Of a DNA stretch of 64,000 bases, positions 15,124-28,285 are shown one piece after another (the stretch's first letter is position 1; the number at the start of each line of letters is the position of its first letter). The position numbers were made by a program, and so were the translations under genes. The notes under the pieces were generated by a model. It was not told the origin of the DNA and ran no database searches. It saw nothing but the letters and a program-made list of their open reading frames with translations. The DNA is from Eledone cirrhosa (lineage: Eukaryota), in assembly GCA_964016885.1 (NCBI GenBank), contig OZ024742.1:172360001-172424000 (forward strand). The letters run 5' to 3'.

Positions 15124-17601
15124 GATAAAATCCTTCTCTTAATGCTTACCTGTGTTTTCTCTTTTATACTTTATACTCCAAGATTGAACGGAATTCTTAC
15201 AAACTAGTGGAGTTACTCTAACCGTACGTTGAAACCATCCATGAAACTGGTTTTTAAACCAAGAACTGGATCACAATAAGCAATGTTTTGCTTCTCTAAC
15301 TACAGGCTCCTTATCGGTCGACAAATCACCTAAACATACGGTACTACTATGGAAAAGCATTACATGGGTATGTCCCTAAAGAAAATTCCTATACCTCGGA
15401 GAAAGGATTATACCCTCGGGATGATACAGCGAACAAACGACTTCATACGCAGAGTTAGATGGAAAACTTTCCATTTCGACAAAGGACGTAATGTTCGCAC
15501 CGTGGAATACAACAAGGAAACATACGGCTTCAAATCGTGTAAGAACCCACCTACCAACCCTCAACTGGATGCCTTTGAACAGGACTTACTGAAGATGATT
15601 ATGAATATCAAATTCAAAAAGCGGAGGAATAATAAACTCCAGAATGACATAAATACATTCCTAAAAAAGCTGCGAACCACCAATGGAATTATTGTCAAAG
15701 CGGACAAAACATCAAATGTGTATACGATGGATGTTAATACATACAATAGCTTCATACGAAAGGAATTACATAGGAAATACAAAAAAACTAATGAGGCAGC
15801 ACTGATAAACATCAACAACGAGGCGCACAATATAGTCAAACACCTAGGAATAGACGACAGACGGAGCCACTTAGGCCACGTACCCCCACATTTACCGTCA
15901 AAGACCACAACTTAAATTGTGATTATAACCCCACAATTAGACTTATATGCCCGTCCAAATCGGACATCCGGAAAATTAGTAAACATATATTAGACAGAAT
16001 GATAGCACAAATGAAGTATAAACTAGTGATTAAACTATCGGGTAACGCTACCGAAACAATTAAGTGGTTTAACAATATAGCTAACAAAGAAGTATCTAAA
16101 TTAATACAATTTGACATTAACGATTATTACTCATCTATATCCCCAACACCTTGGATAAAGCCTTAGCATTCGCCAAAGCCAATTCTGACATAACAGACGA
16201 CGAGATAAAAATTATATTACCTGCTAGGAAAACAATAATTAAAGTTGAAAACGCTTATGGGGAAAGTAAGGATAGATTAAATAACTTTGACATCACGATG
16301 GGGTTTAACGACTCGAGTCAAGTCACAGATTTAGTAGGTATTTACATAGCCATAGTTTACAAAGTGAGTTAAGCTACCTTCACGGTGGAATCTACAGAGA
16401 CGACACCATTCTCCTAATTAAGAACCTAAATAACCAGAGCATAGAAAGACTCCGTAAGAATATTAGAAAGACTCTCGGAAAACTAGGCCTTAGCATAATG
16501 TATGAGTATAACACTAAAACAGTTAACTTTCTAGACGCGACGCTTAACCTAAATACGGGACTTATAAGACCTTTTCACAAGATTAATGAAAACCTAGCAT
16601 ACATCAAGCATCTTAAGCCACCCACTATCCATAATTAAATCCATTCCACGCAGCATATCCCTTAGGATGTCCCGCCTCTCGTCTAACTTCGAAGAACATG
16701 CAGAATACTACAATACCGCATTAGACAAGGCTGGCCACTTAGATAGAGTAAAATATATAGATGAAAGCCTCCGTGAAGCGCACACGAACACGCATAACAC
16801 AAACTCCGGTAACACACGCACACATGCACTTACGCATAGAACTGCAAAGTATACGGCAAATAGAAATACAACATCGAAATCAACCAAGTCACGCAGTAGA
16901 AAATATATTTGGTATAACCCCATATTTAACACCTCTTTTAGTACTAACCTACCCTCTACTATCTTTAGAATAATAAATAAGCACTCTTCAGATTCACATA
17001 GATACAGCAAAATCCTTATCACTAAATCTATTAGACTATCTTACTCCACGGCACCAAATATAGAGGCACACATTAAGATGCTTAACGCTAAAAAGATACA
17101 TAACAACACCAAAACACAAATTTACAACAATAACAATACAATCACCACCGAACACAACAGAGGGAAAGTAACCATCAATACACCCTGAAGTGGAAAACAT
17201 TATCGAACGCATCACAGATCGGAGTGGTATGAGAAGCTGTCGATTATGCGACCTTGAGCAGTTCCACATCTTGAGTTCGAAGAATAAGTTACTCAACAAT
17301 AAAATCGAAAGATCAATTTATTGTAACCATAGACTCAAGGAGAAGTTTTATCACTACAAATCGAACCCTTAACCTCTTACTACCAACTGATAAAATGCAT
17401 ATACTTGGACTTTATACGCTCTCGTTGTATCTAAACCCTTTTAATTACCCACTAAACCAATACATATATCCCCCTCTTCTCCTACATTCCTCTTCTATTT
17501 CTTCGTTTTCTTCCTTCCTTCCTCCCCCTTCTTGGCTGTCTTTTATTTTCTTCTTTCTCACCCCCTTCTTTGCTTTTATTTTTGTCATTATTATCTTTAT
17601 C

Positions 17602-17694
<93 letters not shown>

Positions 17695-18296
17695 CTCTTT
17701 ATATCCCCCCCCCCCTCACTCTCTCTCCCTCTGTATCCCTCCCTCCCACTATGATCAATTTAATTCTCTTTAACTCACTACATTCCACGACATGAAGTCT
17801 GCTATCAAAACTGACCAAGCAATCCTTCCACCTCTACCCCTCCCTCCATCTCAGTTTGTCACGCTACTTCCTACCTCTTCCCCCTTCCTCTCTCTCTATA
17901 CTATTCCGTTTGTCCCATCACCTTCTGATTCCTCTCTCTAGTATACACAATTACAAATAAATGTTTTTCTCTATATATTAAGAATTATTTCAAGAGTAAC
18001 TTACTCACTATTTTGAAAATTTGGACTGTGAACAACAATTATAATTGAGTGGCTGCTATTTGCAGTATAGCAATATAAGGTTGCACTTACCAATAAAACG
18101 GTCGTAAATACCTGGATAAAATCCTTCTCTTAATGCATGCCTGTGTTTTCTCTTTTATACTTTGTACTCCAAGATTGAACGGAATTCATAAACACTGGTG
18201 GAGTTACCCCTAACCGTACGTTGAAACCATCCATGACCACTTGCTTTCTTAACCAAGAACTGGATCACAATAAGCAATATTTTGCTTCTCTAACTA
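15124..18296 (+). mobile_element. Penelope-like element, probably Naiad clade, with direct terminal repeats (pLTR 15124-15303 and 18115-18296)
   Basis: ~180-bp direct repeats flank a frameshifted RT ORF, and the element ends in (TA)n. Confidence 0.85.
15349..17372 (+). pseudogene. PLE reverse transcriptase plus C-terminal end of GIY-YIG domain, disrupted
   Basis: Motifs across frames: SLKKIP, RRVRWK, YGFKS, ADKT, KDH, FDINDYYSSI, FDITMG..D..LVG, GIYRDD, VNFLD, IWYNP, LSYS, CRLCDLE..LLN..CNH. Confidence 0.85.
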
Positions 18297-18319
18297 TATA
18301 TATATATGTATATATATAT

Positions 18320-18917
18320 TTAAAAGAATAGAGGTGTAACACACGCGTTGTGATATATTGGTAAAAGGAAAAGAAAATGCTGACAAATTGTTCCCAGTGA
18401 AAAATAGTTTAATTAGGAATAAGTAAAAATTAGTAATAAGTATTGATTAGTATTCAGTTTTAGTTTTAAGTTTTTACCGGTTGCGCATTTCTAATGCTTT
18501 TCAAAAAGTTAATTTTAAGATAGTTCACGCGCGATGTTTGCTCTAATCTGATTAGTTTTGGAAATTCCAAATGCTTTATCTAAAAAAAGTGTCTCCAGAG
18601 GTATTAAAATAAGTTTCGCGCCAATTCGTGTTGCAAAAATTCTTGTAGTCAAAACAATTTTGATTGGTCGGTAGAGGTCACGTGAATTTTAAAAATTGAT
18701 TTTGCGCCAAATGTAGGTTTGTCGAAGAGTGTCCCTTTTCGCCTGATTGAGAAGTCATTGAAAAATAAGTCTTTTAAGACAAATATGTGTGTGTGTGTGT
18801 GTGTAGTAAAGAGATTCATTGTTGTGATAATGGTCAGTAGGGATGTGTGTGTGAATTGCAGTCATGTTGAAAGGTCAACAGTTCAGGTGCCTATTAAGAC
18901 AAGTGTGTGTATGTGTG

Positions 18918-18998
<81 letters not shown>

Positions 18999-20888
18999 CA
19001 GCGTAATTCGTGGTAGAATGATCGGTCAGTAGGAATGTGTCTGTACGTGTGTGGAGGATATTTTAACATGTTGAAAGATATTGTTCAGCTCTTGTCTTAT
19101 ACGGAGAGGTGTGTGTGTGTGTATGCATATGTCTCTTTGTATGTTAGTGTACAAGTGTGTATGTGTGTATACATATATGTGTGTGTGTGTATATGTGTGT
19201 ATGTGTGTGTGTGTGGGGGGGGTGGACCAGCATTTTTGTGATACTTGTAAAAACGGTGTACATTATTCGATATTTTCAGCAAAAACGATTCTCTCAAGAG
19301 AACATCAAAAACATTAATAATAAAGGGTGTGAAATGATATATACTATTGTCATAACACCAAGGTGTGTGTGAGTGTCGAGATTGTACGTACTGCAAGGGG
19401 AATCCATTAGGCCCTGCCGTATTGGAATACTTGTGTACACATATGTATGTGCCCATCAGTGTGCAATGCATGTGTGCGTATATGTATGTGTGTGTGTCGG
19501 CACGTTTATATTTATAGACATCAAAAGGTATGCAAATTTGTGTATATTTGTGTTGCACCATAGAACATATGTGTTTACGTATGTCATTGTGTTTATATGT
19601 GGATAGAGATGTATCTAGGATATATGCTGATGTAGGTATGTACGTTGACGTGTATATGTTGTGGGTTCGTCTTAGGGAGAAGTGTTTTAGACGGGGTCCG
19701 TATTTGTTTATAAAGTGAGATTCCTTGCTGATGCGCTGGGTGTGGGTGGCATTATCTTTAAATTTGTAGAGGGAAAGATTCTAAAGTTGGGATGATTTTG
19801 GGCAGCACAGGTATCAATGTGTTCACTCAGTGGTATTTTCCTGTATTCCCGTATTTTAATTTGAGATCTATGGACAGTCATGCGTTGGCGGAGGCTGTAT
19901 TTGGTCTGGCCCATGTATTGTTCTCGACAACCTGAGCAAGTTAATACATATAGTAGATTTTCTGATGCGCATGTGAAATTGTGTTACACTATAAAACGTT
20001 GTCCTTCTTTGAAATAGAATTCCGAACCCTCTATTAGGTTGATGCATATTCCACAGTTGGGTCTATCGCATTTTTTGCTCTTTATCATATCGTGTGTTCG
20101 AAGGATTTGGTTCATTCTATGGTCCTTTTTTAACACAGGGATGTTCTGGAGGATGGTGTCAAAGGCCTCATTGTTGAGGGGGTTGTGTGTGGAGATGTAC
20201 GGAAGAGCGTTTAGTTTCGGTTGATTTACTTTAGGGTGTCTAAGGTCCTTGGTACTGAGTTTTAGGGCACGTTGGATTCCATTGTCCAATTACTCTGCTA
20301 CACACACACACACATATACACACAGACACACACACACACACACATTTGTCTTAATAGGCACCTGAACTGTTGACCTGTCAACATGACTGCAATTCACACA
20401 CACATCCCTACTGACCATTGTCACAACAATGAACCTCTTTACTACACTCACATACACACACACACATATTTGTCTTAAAAGACTTATTTTTCAGTGACTT
20501 CTCAATCAGGCGAAAAAGGACACTCTTTGACAATCCTACATTTGGCGCAAAATCTATTTTTAACCTTCACGTGACCTCTACCGACCAATCAAAATTGTTT
20601 TTACCACAATAATTTTTGCAACACGAATTGGCGCGAAACTTATTTTAATACCTCTGGAGCCACTTTTTTCACATAAAACAGGTAGAATTTCCAAAACTAA
20701 TCAGATTAGAGCAAACATCACGGGCGCTCTACCTCAAAATTATTTTTGAAAAGCATTAGAAATGCGCAACCAGTAAAGACTTAAAGCTAAAACTGAATAC
20801 TAACCAATACTTGTTACTAATTTTTACTTATTCCTAATTAAACTATTTTTCATTGGGAACAATTTGTCAGCATTTTATTTTCCTTTTA

Positions 20889-20897
<9 letters not shown>
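18320..20897 (-). mobile_element. 5'-truncated PLE (Neptune-like) with inverted terminal-repeat copy and one-sided ~33-bp tail
   Basis: 18353-19000 and 20296-20897 are long imperfect inverted repeats. The tail 18320-18352 is on the left only. (TA)n on both flanks. Confidence 0.85.
19690..20289 (-). pseudogene. Cys-rich linker plus GIY-YIG endonuclease of a Neptune-type PLE
   Basis: LPYISTHNP...CDRPNCGIC...FTCASENLLYVLTCSGCREQYMGQTKYSLRQRMTVHR...LSEH, with one stop and a frameshift. Confidence 0.85.
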
Positions 20898-20938
<41 letters not shown>

Positions 20939-21091
20939 TAAGATGTATGGTAGGACGTATGTGAATCGCGATGATCACGTCTGACTTACCAAATATGTGA
21001 CGGTAGCTAGTTAAGCTCTATGCGTATACGCAGAGCAGAAATATTAGTGAAAAAGAACAAAGGAACTATTATGACATTATAACAAGTTTAT

Positions 21092-21138
21092 TGCCGACAG
21101 CTGTTTCGTCCGACCCCATGGTGGGACTTATCAAGGCA
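21092..21138 (-). ncRNA. Type I hammerhead ribozyme with U3-A8 core variant (UUGAUAA)
   Basis: Minus strand: tgcc-TTGATAA-gtcc(caccatggggtc)ggac-GAAAC-agct-GTC-ggca, overlapping AATAAA. Stem III ACAGCTGT is palindromic. Confidence 0.85.
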
Positions 21139-22099
21139 TATAAAATGTGATTGCAGGATCATTGTTTACATCAACGTATCACTCAAGGCTAGCAGTTTGA
21201 AATTGTTGTATACATCAGCAACTCCGCTTTAAGGGGGGCTCTTTTATATTAGTTGTCGGGGTCAGGGATTGAAGTTTAAAAATTAGACAAAAATATATAA
21301 TTCACGCATCAACGCTAAACCAAGAGACTTGGGGTCACGCAGAAGTACCTCAGAAAATCCCTCAATGAGTGCATAAAGCTTACAGGCTCCAATACACCTA
21401 TTAGTCTAGAAGAAAATTAAGAGTCTAATAAAATAAGAAAATAAAAATATAAAGTTTCCCTAAAAAATATATAGAGTTCCTATGAAATTTCTTCTAGAGA
21501 AAAAGATTTTTTCCGAAAGAAAAAACCTTCTTCCCCCGAGATCACGTTTACAAAATTCAGAAAACTGAATTGAAAACTAGGTTGAAAGAAACTAATCAAT
21601 TAGAGGTTAATACAGAGAGCCTTCCATAAATCTCTCAGAAAAGGCCCCTTTACTATTTCCAATAGGAACTTCTTCCGAGAGACCCTTCGAAGAATTAAAA
21701 TTTTAGAGAGCCTTTGAAGATAAATATAAAAACGAATTGAGGAAAATTATACATTAAAAGTTAAAAATTAAAAATTACGGTATTTGGGATATCCGAGGAA
21801 TTTTCAAAGGCCCTTCGTTAATTTTCAAATTTTTTTAATTCATACATTATCTTCCAACGGTTTTCAACCTCTCTATGTAAAACAATATATCTCCTCTCAG
21901 TTATAAAAACTATCTCTTTCTCTCTATCACCCATCTCTCCCTCTCATCTCCTCCTCTTTTTCATCCTTTCCACCACCACCCCTCTCTAAATAAAATATTT
22001 TTTCCCAATATGACACAGCAATCTAAACCACTTTTCATATATTGATTTAAAACTGCACTATCCACAAGTGTTTTTTAGCCTTCATATCATGTTCTCCTG

Positions 22100-22166
22100 T
22101 TTTATCTGATGAAAACACAAATATTATTGCATGATGATGTTTGTTTTTGAAATGCGCATAATAAAA
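22100..22166 (+). ncRNA. Type I hammerhead ribozyme (family D)
   Basis: ttttat-CTGATGA-aaaca...tgttttt-GAAA-tgcgca-TA-ataaaa. Stem III ATGCGCAT is palindromic. Confidence 0.8.
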
Positions 22167-22198
22167 TACATGGAACTCCTTTAACCATCTTTTGATCT

Positions 22199-22354
<156 letters not shown>

Positions 22355-22355
22355 C

Positions 22356-22560
22356 ACGATAAACTAACGGAGGCATAGGCCCCCGCTATTCCCTGTAAAT
22401 AATGTGCTTAAAGGAGAACAGATCCTGATCTCTTTAAAATACAATATGTTGAGAAGTTAACACACCAGAGAGAGATATATAGTGCATTATCAATAATACA
22501 GGGAAAAGATAACGCACTATATATCTCTCTCTGGTGTGTTAACTTCTCAACATATTGTAC
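22356..22560. repeat. Fold-back unit between (TA)n tracts
   Basis: 22440-22485 and 22514-22559 are reverse complements, with a unique left extension. Confidence 0.8.
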
Positions 22561-22606
22561 ATATATATATACATATATACATATATGTATGTATATCTAT
22601 ATATAT

Positions 22607-22682
<76 letters not shown>

Positions 22683-22685
<3 letters not shown>

Positions 22686-23348
22686 AAGAATTAATATATC
22701 TAGTAACATATATATACATACAGATGCATATCAATGCTAGCAAATATATAGGTTTTGTCTTAGTAGCTTTGTGGTTCAATGCATGGGGTTACAGAACAAT
22801 AATATGAGAGACGTAAAATAAGAAAATTATAAAATTAACTTACTTACTAAAGTTTCACTCCCAACTAATTAGTTTCTGAAATGGAATAAATATACTTTCC
22901 GTAGAAAATTAGGGAGAATCATTTCGTCGTCAGGGAAGTCTATTCTCAGCTAAGTTTCCAGGCAAAGCGGGGACTCTGGGAACTTATACAAAAATAATTC
23001 AGTGGATAGAAAATAGCAAAGCGTGGACTGAATTCCTAGCTATTGAGAAAATCACTGCCTACTGCGTCGGTGGCAAATTCAAAAAGAATCAATCACGTGA
23101 CATCGAGGTCAATCAGTGGAAAGTGGTTTGTTAAGAATACAGCGGCCTGCCTGCTACCATAGCAGCAGTCTTGGCCAATATTGCTCGACAAATAATGTGT
23201 AGATAATTATAAAGAATTAATATATCTAGTAACATATATATAAATACAGATGCACATCAATGCTAGCAAATATATAGGTTTTGTCTTAGTAACTTTGTGG
23301 TTCAATGCATGGGGTAGCAGGTTGTCACGTGATTGATTCTTTTTGAAT
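22683..23348 (-). mobile_element. Non-coding unit with ~105-bp direct repeats, a short inverted end and a decayed HHR
   Basis: 22683-22789 repeats at 23209-23315, and 23324-23348 inverts 23077-23101. Minus strand has CTGACGA...ctccc/gggag...GAAACtttaGTA at 22837-22956. Related fragment at 14640-14780. Confidence 0.65.
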
Positions 23349-24021
23349 ATATATATATATATATTTATCGCGCATATTATACACACACATACGTACACGC
23401 ATATATATATATATAATAATGATAGTGATTAAAATCGAAGTTGCAGCTACGGCTAGCATATCTCGAAAGAACAACTCTCAGTAGCTTGCGCGAGCACTAG
23501 ATATAATGAGATCGATGAATCGACAAGTTAAATCTTAGAGTAATAATTATACGTTAAAGGTGTGACAAATTGAAAATTGTGGCTAGGTAAAGAATGCCAC
23601 TACAACTACTACAACAATGAAAATGCAAACAGGTTAGCATGAACCTGGACCTGATCGACTGGTATTATAAAATATCTTCGATTGGTTTCTGTGAATTCTA
23701 GATCAACAATACAAATTGTGCAATATGCAAGTCGGTACTTTTTCAAAGATCGAAAGCGGATTCACTTTTTCTGCAGTTATTTCGTTCTGTATGCCCATAG
23801 CTCGATGTGACCGTTGCGAATCACTATATTATCAGCTATACTAGCGGGGTCACGTGTTCTTTCTCCAGGAACGAGGAAGAATCATATCTGGCGGGCAAAT
23901 TCAAAGTGTGAATTCATACTCTCGACTAGGTTATCCCCCCCCCCCCAAATTACGACCAATCACTAATTAATTAATTAATTAATTAATTAATAATAAAGGC
24001 TAGCAGAGAATAATATCACTG

Positions 24022-24063
<42 letters not shown>

Positions 24064-24140
24064 TTCGTTTTTTCCTCTTTCATTTTTTTCTTTTTCTTCC
24101 TCTCTCTTCAATATCTTATCTTTTCTTCCCCTCGGGGCCT

Positions 24141-24222
24141 TTTGATTGATAAAAGGCCTTGAACTCGCTGCTAATCGATTTCGATGTCCTGTTTTAAGCG
24201 CCGAAACATCTATGATCTACAA
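24141..24222 (+). ncRNA. Decayed hammerhead-like motif (UUGAUAA)
   Basis: ttga-TTGATAA-aaggc...gcc-GAAAC-atctatgatc-tacaa then AATAAA, in a unit bounded by (TA)n. Stems are imperfect. Confidence 0.4.
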
Positions 24223-25476
24223 TTAAACACTGAATAAAGGTTTCTTCTCTTGTTTCGTCCATATTACCATCTTAAACTTTGTTTACAGTAACCACACAGC
24301 CTGCTTCGTTTATTGTAATTATATATATATATATGTATATATACATATATGATTTTTATATTTCAATTATATGCTTATATTTCTTACATTCAGATACATG
24401 GACTTTGCGGGCTTTCTAAATAGTTAGAAATATATATTGGTTATCTTTCTTATGAAAGAGACCTTTATAGAAATGCCGGTGTTACTTGAGCATAATTTTA
24501 TTTTGTGAAACCTTAGTCACGTAGTCATCATAAATAGCTCAATGAATATATCCAGATGAATAAATTGATGTATTAATGAAGATTATATGTGTAAATATGT
24601 GTAATTAGTGGTGTGTAGGATGGCCTCTCTAATTAGTAATGCATATGTTTGGAAGATTGATTACTTGTGTACACTTAGGTCAGTATGTTTAGGATATGCG
24701 TAGTTAACTCTCCATATTTACAGCATAAATGTCTATACCGTATAATATCTATATGTATTCCGTTTTGAAAGGCGACACATTATCAGAATCATTAGTACGT
24801 TAGATAGAACACTTTGATCTTATCTTTTCCGCTCTCTGCGCTTTGAGATCGAATCCCAAGGAGGTAAACATAGCATTTCATATATTCAAGATCAATTAAA
24901 TGATGTATATGTAGATTATAGGGGCTGATTTTCTCTCACACATTCGAAATCGGCTTCGTTCTGACTTAGAGTGCGATAGACTTCGACAGGTTTAAAAGAC
25001 ATGCGGTATATCCCCACTTCACCACTACATGTAGGCCATTAGTGAGATGCTAGGGATTTCGCCACCTCAGAATGACGATTGGGGAAACTACTGTCTTGTA
25101 TTTCTTATATTATTCACTGGAAGACGCTTATCTCATTCTCTTTTGATTTGACGAATGTCGTTATTAAAAAGCCGTGAGATATAATATGAACAGTTTTCAG
25201 ATAATCCATGAACGTAATGTCATTAGCTTGACGAGTAGATGTTAATTTTTTGAATTTTGTATATACAAATATATTTATTAACAGTTAAAAATTAGGTTAC
25301 AACGCTTTGGCTTGTGTCAGATTCTGTGACCGCGGTTGGACCAAAAGTACCGTCTTAGTTAAAGAGTTCTTTTCTCAGGCTGCTAGATACTTCTTCTGTC
25401 ACAAAGAGTATTTTACACTATTTTCTAAATCTAGGTTCATTTATAGCAATCGGGGGTTGTTACAGATGTTTTCGCA

Positions 25477-25577
<101 letters not shown>

Positions 25578-27444
25578 TTGATGACTTGTCTGTACTTTTT
25601 GTCTACCATGTATTTTCGTCAATACATTGGGTGGTTATTCGAAGTATACATCTCACAATATCATGAAAAAACACTGACATTTTATACAAATGATTACATT
25701 AGGTAATAAGAACAAGGCACACTATTAAAGGTGAAAAAAGGAAAAGGCAAAAAAAGAGGAAAATGAAAAAAAATTAAAAAGAAAAAAGGTATCAAGCGGC
25801 AAAAAAGGTCGAATGAGAGAGACAGACACTAAACTTCAGTCTGAGTGATGCTTCAGCTGTACCTCGTGGACATAATGGCAAATATGATTATATTATCGAA
25901 GGGAATATCAGTAGACGCCCAATGCAATAACCATCCTACCTCACTGGTCTCCTGCTTCAGGCAGGCCGCCTTCTTTCAATCCGCGACTATTATCGAATTC
26001 GATTGTTTCAGGCAATGGAAGCTGAACTCGACACCATATATTTCCTATGTGAAATCTTGAATCATGCTTGCACATAGAAATGACCTCGCTTCTACAAACA
26101 TGTACAGGAAATAATTCCAGAGAGTGACGAATGGTTGGGTATAAGTGTTAATGAGACATCTAGTAGTTACACTATATGACTGAACCGATTCGACACCATT
26201 AGGATGTATGGTATTCAGGGGATCAATAAAAACAACATATTTAAGACGATATCTGATATCCATAAACAAGTATAGAGCTGCAGCAGTGGTGACGGTAGGT
26301 ATTAATTACTGTTGAAATACTTTTGTTTACAGCAAAGCAAATTTAAGATGGTATTTCAGCCAGTGCAATGTTTAAATATTTATTAGCTAATTGTTAATTG
26401 ATTTTTTAAAGAAACAGGATATGTTTGCTGTTATGTTATTTCTTCTGACTTAAAAAATTCACAGCATGGCAATTACCAGGTTTTAGAAGAAACTATCTCA
26501 ATGTTTGGATCTACATACCTATTCAAACGTGTTAATGATTTTACACTAATGTTCGTGGTTAATTTGGTGAGGTCGAATCCTACATGAATATAACCTACGA
26601 GGGACTGAAATGTTGTATCATCAATCAGGAGCGTAAACGGATGCTAAATAGAAAAATATATTTCCGAGGATGCTAAACATCACACACACTTTATATTACC
26701 AAAACACATTAGGTTTCAGAGCTCATAAGAATATTTCTACTTGCATACACCAGAAAGTACTATATAAGGTAATATATGAAAAAAAATAATTTCTACAGCA
26801 TAAAATTAATTATGTGCAGAATAATGTCTTATTCCATAAATGTTGATAGTATATATGAGAAAAATACAGGGGCTGGTGTAATAAGGAAGACGGCATTTAT
26901 ATGGGATTCATATTTAGAAGAGTATCTACTTTATTTCCATTCGTCTGGAATTGAAGTAAAACCTAGTTTACTGAAACACAAGCTATGAGAAGGGGCGATA
27001 TTTTCCAACATAATAGCAACATATATATGTCTGATGTAATCTCCCAAAAATTGGTGAGTGTTTTCACTTCGGGATATTTGGGTGTATAGACATATAGGCA
27101 GTGGTATAATAGAAAAATAACACTGAGGACCGCAACCTTTCGTAATATAGATGTGAAATCAGTTTCTGCTTATATTGCGGTCGATTCATTTAACAATTAC
27201 ATTAGGTTTTTTCCTTCAGCTCGTCTTATCAAGATATTAAATTATATAATTACTGATTGGCATTTACATATTCGCCAATTAAATACAAACGTATGGTGAA
27301 TGTTAGCAAGAATAGTATATTAGCAAGAAACAGACATACATTACGAAACATTTTTGTTAAAAATTCAAACACGCTTGAGAGACGAATGACAGAAAGATAT
27401 AAAGTATTTGCATCGTAAAATCAACATAAACAATGTCTTTGAGA

Positions 27445-27810
27445 TTTATTGCCTTGCCATATGTCTGGACACTTGTGTGGAATGCTCCGGTGATAAACCG
27501 TCTTCAAATGAGTATCTCATTATTCTTAGTAGCTTATTCCCCGGTTCTTATTTCTTGATGAAATCCCACACTCTGTTCCGCACATAGATCTCCGACGTTT
27601 TATGGGAAAAGATCCAAATGTCTCTGGAAGTAATGCAGTTTGATACTCATCTTCTAACCAAGTTTACATAAAGTAGAGATATGTAGTTCCCAAAGAAAGT
27701 CTTCATAACTATATTAAACGATGACAAAGCAGATGTCACAATTCCATCCATTGAATCTTGTAAAGGAGCATAATCCTCATACAGTCTTCATCTACTCTCC
27801 CAGGGAATAT
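27445..27810 (-). pseudogene. Chapaev3-like (CMC superfamily) transposase C-terminal remnant
   Basis: Manual minus-strand translation ALSSFNIVMKTFFGN...MSIKLHYFQRHLDLFP*NVGDLCAEQSVGFHQEI matches the recalled family motif MSxKxHFLHSHLDFFPxNLGxVSDExGERFHQDI. Confidence 0.65.
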
Positions 27811-27849
27811 ATATCATGACACCGGCTCAATTCCTTTATAATGTGTAGT

Positions 27850-28285
27850 GTCAAGTGAAAAAGAAAGCTTAATGAAAACATTGTTTATTTGATCCGATCT
27901 GACGGTCTGCTCCTTTCCTTTAAAACGTCGGAGTATACGCTCCAAATCTATGCGATCTGAGTTCAAATCCTGCATTATTCTCACAGGAGATGTGATTGGC
28001 AGACAGTACCAAAAATAGAAAGCCCAACGGTAATATTTTTTACTTGGTTCAAACATTAGACCCATTTCCGTTTTCCATTCATCCATTAATGGTGTACAGC
28101 CTGATCTAATGACAGAATGCAATGAATTATATTTCTAAAAACATGAGTAGAGTCTACTGTACGTTCACATATAAATCATATTCCGTCTAGTATTTTACAC
28201 CATATCCTTTATGCAGATCAACAATTCTAATTAACCCTCTGCCATGTGATAGTCTACTGAGAATTCATCTGAAAATCACTTTCAT
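27850..28285 (-). pseudogene. Possible Tc1/mariner transposase remnant
   Basis: VIF(S)DEF near 28260-28280 and a downstream P..SP..DLN-like stretch. Heavily decayed. Confidence 0.3.

Noticed and set aside
15349-18110. Selenocysteine recoding/SECIS as reported for some Naiad elements
   Set aside because: The visible Cys positions use TGT/TGC and I could not recognise a SECIS. The relevant Cys-rich region is deleted, so the family cannot be excluded.
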